From Macrostomum hystrix (taxonomy: Eukaryota > Animalia > Platyhelminthes): DNA of 64,000 nucleotides. The stretch is taken from the NCBI GenBank assembly GCA_950097015.1, contig CATNEN010000038.1:248001-312000 (forward strand), given 5' to 3'. The number at the start of each line of letters is the position of its first letter. The stretch's first letter is position 1. Below, piece by piece: positions 34,276-47,680 of this stretch. The notes beneath the pieces are model-generated. The model worked only from the letters and a program-made list of their open reading frames with translations. It ran no database searches and had not been told where the DNA came from. Position numbers and translations under genes: made by a program.

Positions 34276-35164
34276 AATTGTGGATAGAAAAGGAATGGAA
34301 TTCAAGAAACTTTTGAGGCAATTCAATTGAATTGCAATGGGTTTTCAAGACATTTCGGTTAAAAAAACGTACAATACAGCTTTCTGGTACTCGTGTTACA
34401 GAAAATACCTGAGGAAACACACTAGCGAGTCAGAATTCGCCCATGCCCAGCCTTTGTCTGACGCAGCTGGGTGGTCGCAGGTCGGTCCCAAGAGACCTCG
34501 AGTTTTGTTGTGACACGCGCGCGCCAGCTTGACCAAAGTTTGCGCAGGAAATCGTGAAATGAAAAAGCCTCACCCACAGCAAAAGAAAAAAACACCGAAA
34601 AATATCCCCTTCCCCACTAGATCAGCATCTACTAGCTACCCAGATACAGAGTGAACAGAAACGAAAGCTGCAGCTACTAGAGGCGGCACACCTTACACAA
34701 GCCCACTATGGAATCCTTGAAGCAGTCAGCGAGACTGGCTTGTCGCATTCGTCATCTTCTACCGTATCCTGGCAAGTGTGTTTGCGAGTTTCTGCTTCGA
34801 TATGCGTAAGACACAAACAGACACAAAACACTGCAGAACAGACTTAAGAGGCCAAAATAACCCTCTAACCTGCCCTACGGACTTAGGAATAAGCCCTGAA
34901 AGGTCTTAAGAGATGGCCAATGGGAGATTAGGCCTGGGCCTACTTTACTGGCCTGTCTTACCTCTATAATCCCAAGCAAATCCTTCTTTCCTATTGCTTG
35001 TCTCTGTGGCTATCGCTTGTGTTAGTTACCAAAAATAAGCTTAGAGGATACAGAACTTTGTTAAGTTAGTTCCACAAAATAGTTTTTTACCGCATTTAAA
35101 AAATCATTAAAATTTACGTAATAAAATAGGAAAAACTGACCCAAATTCTTCACGATCTAGAAAT

Positions 35165-36418
35165 CCGGAATCTTCCCAATCTGGAATCTTCCTAATCTGG
35201 AATCTTCCCAATCCGGAATTTTCCAAATCTAGTATCTTCTGAATATAGAATCCTCCGAATATAGAATCTTCCGAATATAGAATCTTCTGAATATAGAATC
35301 TTCTGAATAAAGAATCCTCCGAATATAGAATCTTCCGAATATAGAATCTTCCGAATATAGAATCTTCCGAATATAGAATCTTCCGAATATAGAATCTTCT
35401 GAATATAGAATCTTCCGAATATAGAATCTGCTGAATCTAGAATCTTCTGAATATAGAATCTTCCGAATATTGAATCCTCCGAATATAGAATCTTCCGAAT
35501 ATAGAATCTGCTGAATCTAGAATCTTCTGAATATAGAATCTTCCGAATATTGAATCTTCCGAATATAGAATCTTCTGAATATAGAATCTTCCGAATATAG
35601 AATCTTCCGAATATAGAATCTTCCGAATATAGAATCTTCCGAATATAGAATCTTCCGAATATAGAATCTTCCGAATATAGAATCTTCTGAATATAGAATC
35701 TTCCGAATATAGAATCTTCTGAATATAGAATCTTCCGAATATAGAATCTTCCGAATATAGAATCTGCTGAATCTAGAATCTTCCCAATCCGGAATCATCC
35801 GAATATAGAATCTTCCTAATCTAGAATCTTCCCAATCTAGAATCCTCCGAATATAGAATCTTCCGAATCTAGAACCTTCCCAATCCAGAATCTTCCAATC
35901 CAGAATCTTCCCAGTCTAGAATCTTCCCAGTCTAGAATCTTCCCAATCTAGAATCTTCCCAATCTAGAATCTTCCTAATCTAGAATCTTCCCAGTCTAGA
36001 ATCTTCCCAGTCTAGAATCTTCCGAATATAGAATCTTCTGAATATAGAATCTTCCGAATATAGAATCTTCCGAATATAGAATCTGCTGAATCTAGAATCT
36101 TCCCAATCCGGAATCATCCGAATATAGAATCTTCCTAATCTAGAATCTTCCCAATCTAGAATCCTCCCAATCCAGAATCTTCCAATCCAGAATCTTACCA
36201 GTCTAGAATCTTCCCAGTCTAGAATCTTCCCAGTCTAGAATCTTCCCAATCTAGAATCTTCCCAGTCTAGAATCTTCCCAATCTAGAATCTTCCCAATCT
36301 AGAATCTTCCTAATCTAGAATCTTCCCAGTCTAGAATCTTCCCAGTCTAGAATCTTCCCAATCTAGAATCTTCCCAATCTAGAATCTTCCCAATCTAGAA
36401 TCTTCCGAGTCTAGAATC
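35165..36418 (+). repeat. 16-bp minisatellite (TAGAATCTTCCGAATA / TAGAATCTTCCCAATC)
   Basis: Direct reading. Two unit variants occur in blocks. Confidence 0.97.
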
Positions 36419-37127
36419 AATTAAGGATTTCCTCAAGCCAAAAACCGTTCTTACATCCTAATCTCGAATCAGTCTATTAAGCTCAGTATTCAAACCAGCC
36501 CCAAAATGCAGAAACCAATTTATCTTTTTGCTGTGCAAAATAAATTTCGGGATTCCAAATTTTCCACTTAGTATTCGTGAAATAATATTTTTCTTGTCGT
36601 CATTCGTTACGACAGAAATATTCCAAAGCAAAATGTCGGCAGCAATTTCAGTGACATTCCCAACATGCTTGTGAAACATTGTTCTTAGGGTATTGTCGTT
36701 GCTGTATTTTTGCCATATTTGCTGTTCATTTTCTTTAGCTAAAAAAATTCTTTAAACGCTCCGGCGAAGGGTCATAAAGTGGTCGGCAAGACAAAAACAC
36801 TTCTAGTTGCAGTCTGGAGTTTAGGGGGCCGGAGGCAGCTGCTACTGAAACCCTGGTTCCAATTCATCATTTCTGTCCTGCGGCCATCGTTTGATCGTCA
36901 AAGAATATTATTACTGTTGCTTTATGACTCTTGTGTTTCTGTGTTCGCCCGGGACTTTGAATACCGCATTGTGGCTGAATGTCCGCCCTGTTGGGGCGAT
37001 GGCCAACGGGATGTGGTGCCCCTTCTGAAGCAATCTCAGAAGTTGAAAAACACCACAAGAATATTTAATTCTACGAATATTTTGCCTCTCTTAGATCTAC
37101 AAAGATCAGTCTGCTTTTCGCAAGACC

Positions 37128-37665
37128 TCTCTACCCTCACTCAAGGTACTCTGCCCTCACCCAAGGTCACTCTGCCCTCACCCAAGGTCACTCTGCCCTC
37201 ACCCAAGGTACTCTACACTCACCCATTTTTGACTTAGCGGCAGGGAGCCTCCATGACGGACGCAGCGAGGATACACTCACCCAAGGTACTCTACACTCAC
37301 CCAATGTACTCTGCCCTCACCCAAGGTCACTCTACCCTCACCCAAGGTACTCTAACCTCACCCAAGGTACTCTACCCTCACCCAAGGTACTCTACCCTCA
37401 CCCAAGGTCACTCTAACCTCACCCAAGATCGCTCTACCTCTACTAAAATTTCTCTACCCTCTAGTAAGATCACTCACTCGACCCTCTCCCAAGGTCACCT
37501 CTCCCAAGGTCACCTCTCCCAAGGTCACCTCTGCCAAGGTCACCTCTCCCAAGGTCACCTCTCCCAAGGTCACCTCTGCCAAGGTCACCTCTCCCAAGGT
37601 CACCTCTCCCAAGGTCACCTCTCCCAAGGTCACCTCTCCCAAGGTCACCTCTCCCAAGGTCACCC
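37128..37665 (+). repeat. compound 20/21-bp (CCCTCACCCAAGGTCACTCTA) and 15-bp (CCCAAGGTCACCTCT) minisatellite
   Basis: Direct reading. Abuts the unc-5 exon 3 donor. Confidence 0.93.
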
Positions 37666-37675
37666 TGGCACTCAC

Positions 37676-37862
37676 CGTGAATGTCCAGGCGGGCAGGCTT
37701 GGACAACACAGTCATGCCCAGTATATCGGCCACGCATCTGTAGTCTCCAATGTCCTCCAGTTTCAGCCAGCTGATGATGAGTTGGCCCTGGTGATCCACG
37801 GTGAATCGTCCAGCGTCGGGCTTCGTCAGGTTGAGCGGAAGGTCGTCCTTCAGCCAGCTCAG
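37676..37862 (-). CDS. unc-5: UNC-5 exon 3 (Ig domain 2, C-terminal part)
   Basis: LSWLKDD...[20 protein letters not shown] carries the Ig W and DxGxYxC motifs. Acceptor gctcag, donor gtgagt, phase 0-1. Confidence 0.95.
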
Positions 37863-38321
37863 CTGAGCGAGAGCATGCGGAATTGTTTCAGGTTTAATAA
37901 TTTCCTTTAAAACAAAACACTGACTACAAAATGGCATCGGATCGAAAATTTCTCTGAGGCCCTTAATTACAGGCTCCTCTAGGAGCAGATCCGACTGAAC
38001 AAAAATTACTCTCTGTCACGCAATCCAATTTCAGTTTCTGTTGCCAAGCCTCCACAATGAGAACAAAGAGCTGAGTTGTGCTCACAGGTCGGACTGGCCC
38101 GCTTTGTCTAAACTACAGCCTTTCAACTTTTAGTTTTGTGCCTGACTATTTTTTAATGACAGTTTGAAGAATAATTATTTAATTGTTAACTGCTCAATTA
38201 ATCACTGTGCTCTATAATTTAACGTATGAGTTTGCGTTATAAAAAATTCTTTTTTTTAATTAGACAGACGCATCATCACTAAAGTATCTTGCTTTTTCCC
38301 TCTCGCCTTTCTTTTCTCTCC

Positions 38322-38745
38322 TGCCTCATCTAATTCTCACCTGCCTCATCTAATTCTCCCCTGTCTCATTCTATTCTCCCCTGTCTCATCTAATTCTCCC
38401 CAGTCTCACCCTCCATTCTCCCCCAGTCTCACCCTCCATTCTCCCCCAGTCTCACCCTCCATTTCTCCCCCAGTCTCACCCTCCATTTCTCCCACAGTCT
38501 CACCCTCAATTTCTCCCCCAGTCTCACCCTCCATTCTACCCCAGTCTCACCCTCCATTCTCCCCCAGTCTCACCCTCCATTTCTCCCCCAGTCTCACCCT
38601 CCATTTCTCCCCCAGTCTCACCCTCCATTTCTCCCCCAGTCTTAGCCTCCATTTCTCCCCAGTCTCACCCTCCATTTCTCCCCCAGTCTCACTCTTCCTT
38701 TATCCCCTGTCTCATCGTATCTTTCTTCCCAGTCTCACCCTATTG
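38322..38745 (+). repeat. ~21-24-bp pyrimidine-rich minisatellite (CAGTCTCACCCTCCATTTCTCCCC)
   Basis: Direct reading. Abuts the unc-5 exon 2 donor. Confidence 0.92.
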
Positions 38746-38778
38746 TCCCCTCTTCTTGTTCCCTTGTTCCCGTCTCAC

Positions 38779-38888
38779 CTTGGGTTTGGGATTGCCCTTA
38801 GGCGGTACGCAGGACATCAGGACGTCCTTGGTGTCAAGCGAGACATTCTGTGGCAGCGGGTCGAATTGAAAGGTCTTTGTATCGAATT
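38779..38888 (-). CDS. unc-5: UNC-5 exon 2 (Ig domain 2, N-terminal part; not in the ORF track)
   Basis: Manual translation EFDTKTFQFDPLPQNVSLDTKDVLMSCVPPKGNPKPK matches the UNC5 F...P....VSL....L.C.PP.G.P motif. Acceptor aatttcag, donor gtgaga, phase 1-0. Confidence 0.93.
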
Positions 38889-39184
38889 CTGAAATTGGAA
38901 ATTCGGCTGAGTTTACTTACTTTTCTACTTGTCTTCAATGTCATCTAAATGATGCTTTTTTATTATCTTTCAGCAATTGCACAGGTTCGGGTCCTAGTGA
39001 GGTCAGGCCAAACCTGTCAATCACCCAGGAGTGTTGGCAAACACGCTCAGTATAATCTCGAGCTGAAATTATGCAAATTTGTCTCACCGTGTCCTACGCA
39101 AGTGTTAGATTTTGACCTGATCTGAGGACAAGGCTCTGCTGCTACTTCCGTATTCTTTATCTTTAGCGTGAACCTAATCCTACT

Positions 39185-40752
39185 TCAGGGAATCCCTACT
39201 CATCCTTCAGGGAATCCCACACCATCCTTCAGGAATCCCACACCATCCTTCAGGAATCCCGCACCATCCTTCAGGAATCCCGCACCATCCTTCAGGAATC
39301 CCGCACCATCCTTCAGGAATCCCGCACCATCCTTCAGGAATCCCGCACCATCCTTCAGGAATCCCACACCATCCTTCAGGAATCCCACACCATCCTTCAG
39401 TGAATCCCACACCATCCTTCAGTGAATCCCACACCATCCTTCATGGAATCCCACACCATCCTTCAGTGAATCCCACACCATCCTTCAGGAATCCCACACC
39501 ATCCTTCATGGAATCCCACACCATCCTTCATGGAATCCCACACCATCCTTCAGGAATCCCACACCATCCTTCATGGAATCCCACACCATCCTTCAGGAAT
39601 CCCACACCATCCTTCAGGGAATCCCACACTATCCTTCATGGAATCCCACATCATCCTTCATGGAATCCCACACCATCCTTCATGGAATCCCGCACCATCC
39701 TTCAGGGAATCCCACACCATCCTTCATGGAATCCCACACCATCCTTCAGTGAATCCCACACCATCCTTCAGGAATCCCGCACCATCCTTCAGGAATCCCG
39801 CACCATCCTTCAGGAATCCCACACCATCCTTCAGGAATCCCACACCATCCTTCAATGAATCCCGCACCATCCTTCAGGAATCCCACATCATCCTTCAGGG
39901 TAATCCTACACCATCCTTCAGGGTAATCCCACGCCATCCTTCAGGGTAATCCCACACCATCCTTCAATGAATCCCACACCATCCTTCAATGAATCCCACA
40001 CCATCCTTCAGGAATCCCACACCATCCTTCAGGAATCCCACACCATCCTTCAATGAATCCCACACCATCCTTCAATGAATCCCACACCATCCTTCAATGA
40101 ATCCCACACCATCCTTCAATGAATCCCGCACCATCCTTCAGGAATCCCACACCATCCTTCAATGAATCCCACACCATCCTTCAATGAATCCCACACCATC
40201 CTTCAATGAATCCCGCACCATCCTTCAATGAATCCCACACCATCCTTCAGGAATCCCACACCATCCTTCAATGAATCCCACACCATCCTTCAGGGTAATC
40301 CCACACCATCCTTCAGGGTAATCCTACACCATCCTTCAGGGTAATCCCACACCATCCTTCAGGGTAATCCTACACCATCCTTCAGGGTAATCCCACACCA
40401 TCCTTCAGGGTAATCCCACACCATCCTTCAGGGTAATCCCACACCATCCTTCAGGGTAATACCACACCATCCTTCAGGGTAATCCCGCACCATCCTTCAG
40501 GGTAATCCCACACCATCCTTCAGGGTAATCCCACACCATCCTTCAGGGTAATCCCACGCCATCCTTCAGGGTAATACCACGCCATCCTTCAGGGTAATCC
40601 CACGCCATCCTTCAGGGTAATCCCACGCCATCCTTCAGGGTAATCCTACACCATCCTTCAGGGTAATCCCACACCATCCTTCAGGGTAATCCCACACCAT
40701 CCTTCAGGGTAATCCTACACCATCCTTCAGGGTATACCACACCATCCCTCAG
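39185..40752 (+). repeat. 21-23-bp minisatellite (ACCATCCTTCAGG[GT]AATCCCAC)
   Basis: Direct reading. Unit length changes along the array. Confidence 0.97.
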
Positions 40753-41445
40753 CGAATCCTTTACTATTATCCGGAGTGAATTTCAACTATAAGGTCAAAA
40801 TCTTTGGCCTGTGGTCTGCTTTGAACGCTTTGAGAGGCTAGTGTAGCACACAGACCAAATGCAGTTAGATTGAAATTCGATATCATTATTATACTTTGGA
40901 ATTCTCTTTTCACGGAATCGATTGCGAGACTATTACGTAACTTGCATCTTTAACGCGGTAATTTTATGCACCAGGGATCTTTGAGATAAGCGGATTGCTG
41001 ACGGATTGCAATCCTAAACTGTCTTTTGAAAGGCTCACAGGTAAAAAAATAACTACATTCAGGGATAACGGAAACGAAGATGCTGGGATTTGGGATAAGG
41101 CTTAAAGCCTAAAATGGGTCTCTTATCTGTAAAGCCGTCTCGTGTTTGGTGCAATTGTGTCGACCCGTGCTAAACCCCAAGAGAAGATAATTAAAACACG
41201 TTTTTGGCATATTTCTTTTGCTTGTCGATCCACTAGGAGAAGAAAGATGATGACGATGAAAATGCCGCCTCAGGACGCAAGTTGGCCCTATCTGGGGGAA
41301 ATCTTGTCAGTCCAATGTTCTGGTCTGGTCTGCCACTCCACACTGGGTAATTGCGTAGAACTGTTCTACTCTGTTCTGCTTTGCTCGACAGAAACACTTT
41401 CCCTGACTAAATTCAACCATTATCAGCAATATTTATTAGCAGCCA

Positions 41446-41566
<121 letters not shown>

Positions 41567-42397
41567 GCGGAGAGGCAGAGAAAGTCTGTGGCAGCTGAAG
41601 GTCGCGGAAGGGTCATGGCAGAAATGAGAGTTGAATCCGGTTTGGCAGGAAATTAGACACGGCTTGCTTCCTAATGTGAAACGGGAAGTCGGAAGTGCCG
41701 CATCAGTTGGGAGAAATGTATATAAGGGGAAAAAGTGGGTAGCATTAGCGCTCGGTATTCCAGACTCACTCCCCCCCCCATTGTAAAAATCTGTGTAATC
41801 CCTACATTGGATCTTTTATTCCCATTTTCCCATTGATGCTGGTAGAGGTGGGGAAGAGACATTTTAGATGCCATTATTGTGCCCGCAAAGTCATGGAAAG
41901 TCAGGGCTTGATGAATTGCATTGTAGTTTGAGCAGGGTTTGAGCACGGTTGAAGCAGTGGGCCCAGGTCATTAATTAACTCTAAGTCGGTGAGATTAAAT
42001 CTTTGACATTTGAACAGCGCCCGAGACTTTCAGTTGGCGCTCAGGTCTTTGTTCCACAGCTGCGTGTGTTGTCTTTGTCGACAAATTCAGACATTAGGAA
42101 TAAGGGGGGTTTGAAACTCTTGAGTTGCGCAACAGTCGGAGCCAGCGACATGCGACATCAGATTACAGGCTGGGAGAACTGCCTAATTCATTCTAATTTA
42201 ACAACACAACAGAATAATGCTGGAACACGCGCAACATTTACACGGGCAACAAAAATTAAATGCTAACAAAGACCTGTAACTAAAGACTGACGTTAGTGGC
42301 GATGGCGTCAATGCGGAGCAGAAATAATGAACCGCTCTGATTTTGAATTCGTCGTTTTCTGTCACTAAAGAGACATTTTTGTTACCAGAGTGCCTTT

Positions 42398-43062
42398 CTG
42401 ACTATTACTGTACCATTTCGACTATTACTGTACCATTTCGACTATTACTGTACCATTTCGACTATTACTGTACCATTTCGACTATTACTGTACCGTTTCG
42501 ACTATCGTATAGTCATTCGAACTATTGGAATGCCATTTTGACAATGGGAAAGCCATTTTGACTTTTGGAGTGCCGTTTTGACTATCTTACAACCATTGTG
42601 ACTATCGTACAACCATTTTGACTATCGGACAGCCATTTTGACTATCGTACAGCCATTTTGAAAATTTGAGTGACATTTTATCAAAGGGAAAGCCATTTTG
42701 ACTATCGGGCAGCCATTTTGACTTTTGGAGTGCCATTTTGACTTTTGGTGTGCCACTTTGACTTTTGGAGTGCCATTTTGACTTTTGGAGTGCCATTTTG
42801 ACTTTTGGTGTGCCATTTTGACTTTTGGAGTGCGATTTTGACTTTTGGAGTGCCATTTTGACTTTTGGTGTGCCATTTTGACTTTTGGTGTGCCATTTTG
42901 ACTTTTGGTGTGCCATTTTGACTTTTGGTGTGCCATTTTGACTTTTGGAGTGCCATTTTGACTTTTGGAGTGCCATTTTGACCATCGGACAGCCATTTTG
43001 ACTATCGGACAGCCATCTTGACTATTGGACAGTCATTTTGAATATTGGAGCGCCATTTTGAT
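42398..43062 (+). repeat. 20-bp minisatellite, GACTATTACTGTACCATTTC grading to GACTTTTGGWGTGCCATTTT
   Basis: Constant 20-bp period with changing sequence. Confidence 0.95.
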
Positions 43063-43115
43063 CCCCGCTTCGCCAAGCAAAGTGCCAGTGCTCTAATCAG
43101 CGCTCAAAAACTCAC

Positions 43116-43584
43116 CCGCCAGTTTAAGGTAGCCCCGGGTGCTGATAATCTTCCTGTAAGAATCGCCCAGCACTGAAATCCTGGCCCAGGCTTCGCAGTT
43201 GCAATAATAGTCGCCGCCGACCCAATGCCTCACAATGTTCTGCGCGATGGTCACCTGGAATTGCAGTCGGTCCGGCCTGTCCGACTCGTCCGTGATATCC
43301 AGTTTATTGTTGGCCAGCAGTTTGCCGTTGCAGTGAATTGTCACATACATGGCGTGCTCAACTGAGCAGACTATCCTAGCTGGATGAGTCTCTGTCACGT
43401 AGTACATCGGATCTGGGTGGCGAACGAACCTCGGTGCGCCCGGCAGAGTCTTCTCATTCTCGCTGAGCAGTTTCACCTGCATGCCTGTGAGTTTATCGCC
43501 ACCGAGTGTAATTTGCAAATGGACTATTGGGATTAACACGCTGAGCATAATTAGCTTAGCGATTAGCGCTAATCCACCTGCCAT
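43116..43584 (-). CDS. unc-5: UNC-5 exon 1 (signal peptide and Ig domain 1)
   Basis: ATG at 43584. Hydrophobic leader MAGGLALIAKLIMLSVLIPIVHL, then PRFVRHPDPMYYV, IVC, IHCNG and DYYCNCEAW (UNC5 Ig1 DYWCQCVAW-like). Donor gtgagt, phase 1. Confidence 0.93.
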
Positions 43585-43896
43585 TCTCTGTATCAACTAA
43601 TTCCCTGCTACTCAGGATGCGGTGAAATGTTCGTTGGCTTGCCAAATTGCAATATTCGTCTGGTCACTGAGCGCACAGACGGAAGTCTGACTGTATTTAG
43701 GCTTCGCTGACAACACTTCGCTTTGAAGTCTTGGGGTAGGATTGATAAGCTCAGCCAATGAGAAACATCCGAGATGGCTGCGCTGCTCTCATTGGCTGGC
43801 TGCTAGCTTGACTAGCAATAGGCTAAGTCTGTAAGGCACCGACAGAGGGTGAATATTGGAGTGATGGTTAGAATACTTGAAAATGACAACGATGAA

Positions 43897-44907
43897 TGAG
43901 AGTGACCGATAGTGAGAGTGACAGATGGTGAGAGTGACAGATGGTGAGAGTGACAGATGGTGAGAGTGACAGATGGTGAGAGTGACCGATGGTGAGAGTG
44001 ACAGATGGTGAGAATGGGTGAGAGTGACAGATGGTGAGGGTGACAGATGGTGAGAGTGACAGATGGTGAGAGTGACCGATGGTGAGAGTGACAGATGGTG
44101 AGAATGGGTGAGAGTGACAGATGGTGAGGGTGACAAATGGTGAGAGTGACAGATGTTAAGAGTGACAGAAAGTGAGAGTGACAAATGGTGAGAGTGACAC
44201 ATTGTGAGAGTGACAGATGTTAAGAGTGACAAATGGTGAGAGTGACAAATGGTGAGAGTGACAAATGGTGAGAGTGACAAATGGTGAGAGTGACAAATGG
44301 TGAGAGTGACAAATGGTGAGAGTGACAAATGGTGAGAGTGACAAATGGTGAGAGTGACAAATGGTGAGAGTGACAAATGGTGAGAGTGACAAATGGTGAG
44401 AGTGACACATTGTGAGAGTGACAGATGTTAAGAGTGACAAATGGTGTGAGTGACAAATGGTGTGAGTGACAAATGGTGAGAGTGACAAATGGTGAGAGTG
44501 ACAAATGGTGAGAGTGACAAATGGTGAGAGTGACAAATGGTGAGAGTGACAAAGGGTGTGAGTGACAAATGGTGAGAGTGACAAATGGTGAGAGTGACAA
44601 ATGGTGAGAGTGACAAATGGTGAGAGTGACAAATGGTGAGAGTGACAAATGGTGAGAGTGACAAAGGGTGTGAGTGACAAATGGTGAGAGTGACAAATGG
44701 TGAGAGTGACAAATGGTGAGAGTGACAAATGGTGAGAGTGACACATTGTGAGAGTGACAAATGGTGAGAGTGACAAATGGTGAGAGTGACAAATGGTGAG
44801 AGTGACAAATGGTGAGAGTGACAAATGGTGAGAGTGACAAATGGTGAGAGTGACAAATGGTGAGAGTGACAAATGGTGAGAGTGACACATTGTGAGAGTG
44901 ACAGATG
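43897..44907 (+). repeat. 16-bp minisatellite (GGTGAGAGTGACAAAT), ~60 copies
   Basis: Direct reading. Confidence 0.97.
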
Positions 44908-45545
44908 CTGATAGGGGGTGAGATTGGCCCAAATTATAAAACAGAGCAAGCTACGTCCGTGCATGATTTTATTCGGCAAAGTTTAACTGAGGTCAAGATT
45001 GCAGCAATCAGTATCAGTGACAGCAGATTGTTTCATGCCAAAATTAAAAGCTATTATGAGATAAATTTCATTCGAACTTTATACAGAAAACATGACAGTG
45101 ATCTACCGGATCATCAGGGCATTTTATCAGGGCAGATAAATGTAAATATTTTAGGTTATAAAACATCTGGTTGGATTTATAGCTAAAACATTTTGGGCGA
45201 AGGACAACCCGTTCAGATCTTCAGATATGCACATTCAGTTTCCCATTCGAATTTCATGTGCGATGGGAGAAACTAAATAATGGGAAGAATTGGGGAGATA
45301 TGGGGGTGGGTAACCAACCATCAGCTCGAGGGCGTACATAAGCAGCATTGACAGACAAATTGGCAGTGACAATTGCCGAGACTGCGAAGCCCTTGCAGGC
45401 GGACATGCGGTTGGCAACACCGAAATCCGCTTCTGGGAAGAATTCACGAAGAGAGATCGAGACGAGATGCTAACAAGATAAGCACATTGTGCGGCTCAGA
45501 TCTTAAGGACCGAATCCTTGCCAAATTCAGCTCGACTGACTTGTA

Positions 45546-45651
45546 AGCTATGCGGTAGCTATGCGGTAGCTATGCGGTAGCTATGCGGTAGCTATGCGGT
45601 AGCTATGCGGTAGCTATGCGGTAGCTATGCGGTAGCTATGCGGTAGCTATA
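45546..45651 (+). repeat. 11-bp minisatellite (CTATGCGGTAG), ~9 copies
   Basis: Direct reading. Confidence 0.97.
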
Positions 45652-46423
45652 TGAAGTCAGGAATATCAGTGAATTATCAATCGGTTTCTCATTAGCCTCA
45701 TATCCGCGGTGGCAGTCGTATGTCACGCAGAGTCCAACTCTTGAAATTCTAAGAAACAGGAGACGATAGGCGGGAAGTCGCATCCCCGAACAGATGGGGG
45801 AGAAGAAAGTGAAAGCCGAGCTCCGCCCCCTCCTGCTCGGCCCCTATAATGCAGGGGGGGACAGTGTGGGGTGGTGGGTGGGAGCGATGACTGCAGTTAG
45901 ACATCCCAGTCTCATTGGATGGAGCAGTGACGGCTGAGAACTATATAGACTGTGAGTAGCTCAGAATTCATGGGGATTATATATATGGATTCGGGGTGGA
46001 AGTGCCGGGAATATTGCCACGCAGGCACCGGCGAGAAAAGGTAAAGGGGTCCAGGGTTTAGGGCAAAGAGTATGTGGGAAATAATCCCCCACTGCATAGC
46101 CACCCCCTTAACCACCCTCCCTACCGAGGCCATCGCGGGCTCATCTCGCAGTTCAAATCTTTTTTGACCAGCCTCTCTCTCTCTCTTTCCCTCTTTCTCA
46201 ATCACAGTTCTGTCTCTGAGATTCACCTTTGTGAAGCTCACGCAGAAAGGAGGCCTTTGCCTGCTGAGCCGATGCTTAAGGTGGGCATGGGATTATGGGC
46301 AGATTGGGAACCTTTTACATGCGATTAATGCTTGTTATATGTGTGTGTGTTTCTGCTGTCATTCTCTTTGCATAAAGACACAGCTTTTAGTTTACTGTCG
46401 GCGCTGACTGTGATAGATTCATA

Positions 46424-47196
46424 GGTAGATTGGGACAGGTAGGTTGGGAGAGGTAGATTGGGACAAGTAGATTGGGACAGGTAGATTGGGACAGGTAAAT
46501 TGGGACAGGTAGATTGGGACAAGTAGATTGGGACAAGTAGATTGGGACAAGTAGATTGGGACAGGTAGATTGGGACAGGTAGATTGGGACAGGTAGGTTG
46601 GGAGAGGTAGATTGGGACAAGTAGATTGGGACAGGTAGATTGGGACAGGTAAATTGGGACAGGTAGATTGGGACAAGTAGATTGGGACAAGTAGATTGGG
46701 ACAAGTAGATTGGGACAGGTAGATTGGGAAAGGTAGATTGGGACAAGTAGATTGGGACAGGTAGATTGGGACAGGTAGATTGGGACAGGTAGATTGGGAC
46801 AGGTAGATTGGGACAGGTAGATTGGGACAGGTAGATTGGGACAGGTAGATTGGGACAGGTAGATTGGGACAGGTAGATTGGGACAGGTAGATTGGGACAG
46901 GTAGATTGGGACAGGTAGATTGGGACAGGTAGATTGGGACAGGTAGATTGGGACAGGTAGATTGGGACAGGTAGATTGGGACAGGTAGATTGGGACAGGT
47001 AGATTGGGACAGGTAGATTGGGACAGGTAGATTGGGACAGGTAGATTGGGACAGGTAGATTGGGACAGGTAGATTGGGACAGGTAAATTGGGACAGGTAG
47101 ATTGGGACAGGTAGATTGGGAAAGGTAGATTGGGACAGGTAGATTGGGACAGGTAGATTGGGACAGGTAGATTGGGACAGGTAGATTGGGACAAGT
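46424..47196 (+). repeat. 14-bp minisatellite (GGTAGATTGGGACA), ~55 copies
   Basis: Direct reading. Confidence 0.97.
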
Positions 47197-47680
47197 CGAT
47201 CTCGTGGATAGGCAGAGAGAGAAGAAAACTAAATTTTCATCATTCGGTCGATGACAGCCTTCAATGACCGTATCGGCTAGTGAAGCGCAGAGGGCAGTGA
47301 CATGAAACAGTCATAAAAATACCAAATTCAGTAAGAAGAAACGGATAGCCTTGGCAACAGAAAAGCAAACAATACACAGGCTGTCATGTCAGTCTGAGGA
47401 TGGCCCCTCAACCTTACCAAACACCCACCCCAATCCCCGGGTTGAAAGGGAAAGGAGAAAGCGAATGAAAGAAAAAATGAAGGGCCGGGGAAGCCTTTTG
47501 AATGTTTCGGCTAGGGAAGTGCGACGGGCTTCTGATTGAGACGAGATTGGCATCTTCAGCCTCTGTAACGGCAGTTTTAGCTTTGTCATCATCAGGCTGG
47601 GCTATTGGGTAAGTGTCTGCTGCTGAGTCGGCCTTGTTGCTGCCTGCCGTGTTACCTCGCCTCTTCCTGGGAAGGTAGGC

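Noticed and set aside
31132-34420. 831-aa and 1049-aa ORFs
   Set aside because: Purine-rich 21-mer satellite inside unc-5 intron 3. Its stop-poor composition explains the ORFs.
34640-34720. KRKLQLLEAAHL resembling a Penelope GIY-YIG tail
   Set aside because: Too short, with no other Penelope motifs nearby.
35165-36418. Heat-shock element array (GAAnnTTC in each unit)
   Set aside because: Only two correctly spaced pentamers per unit. The third GAA is off by one base, so it is not a canonical HSE.
43289-43300. DITD, identical to the vertebrate UNC5 caspase cleavage motif
   Set aside because: It lies in extracellular Ig1 here rather than the cytoplasmic juxtamembrane region, so it is coincidental.
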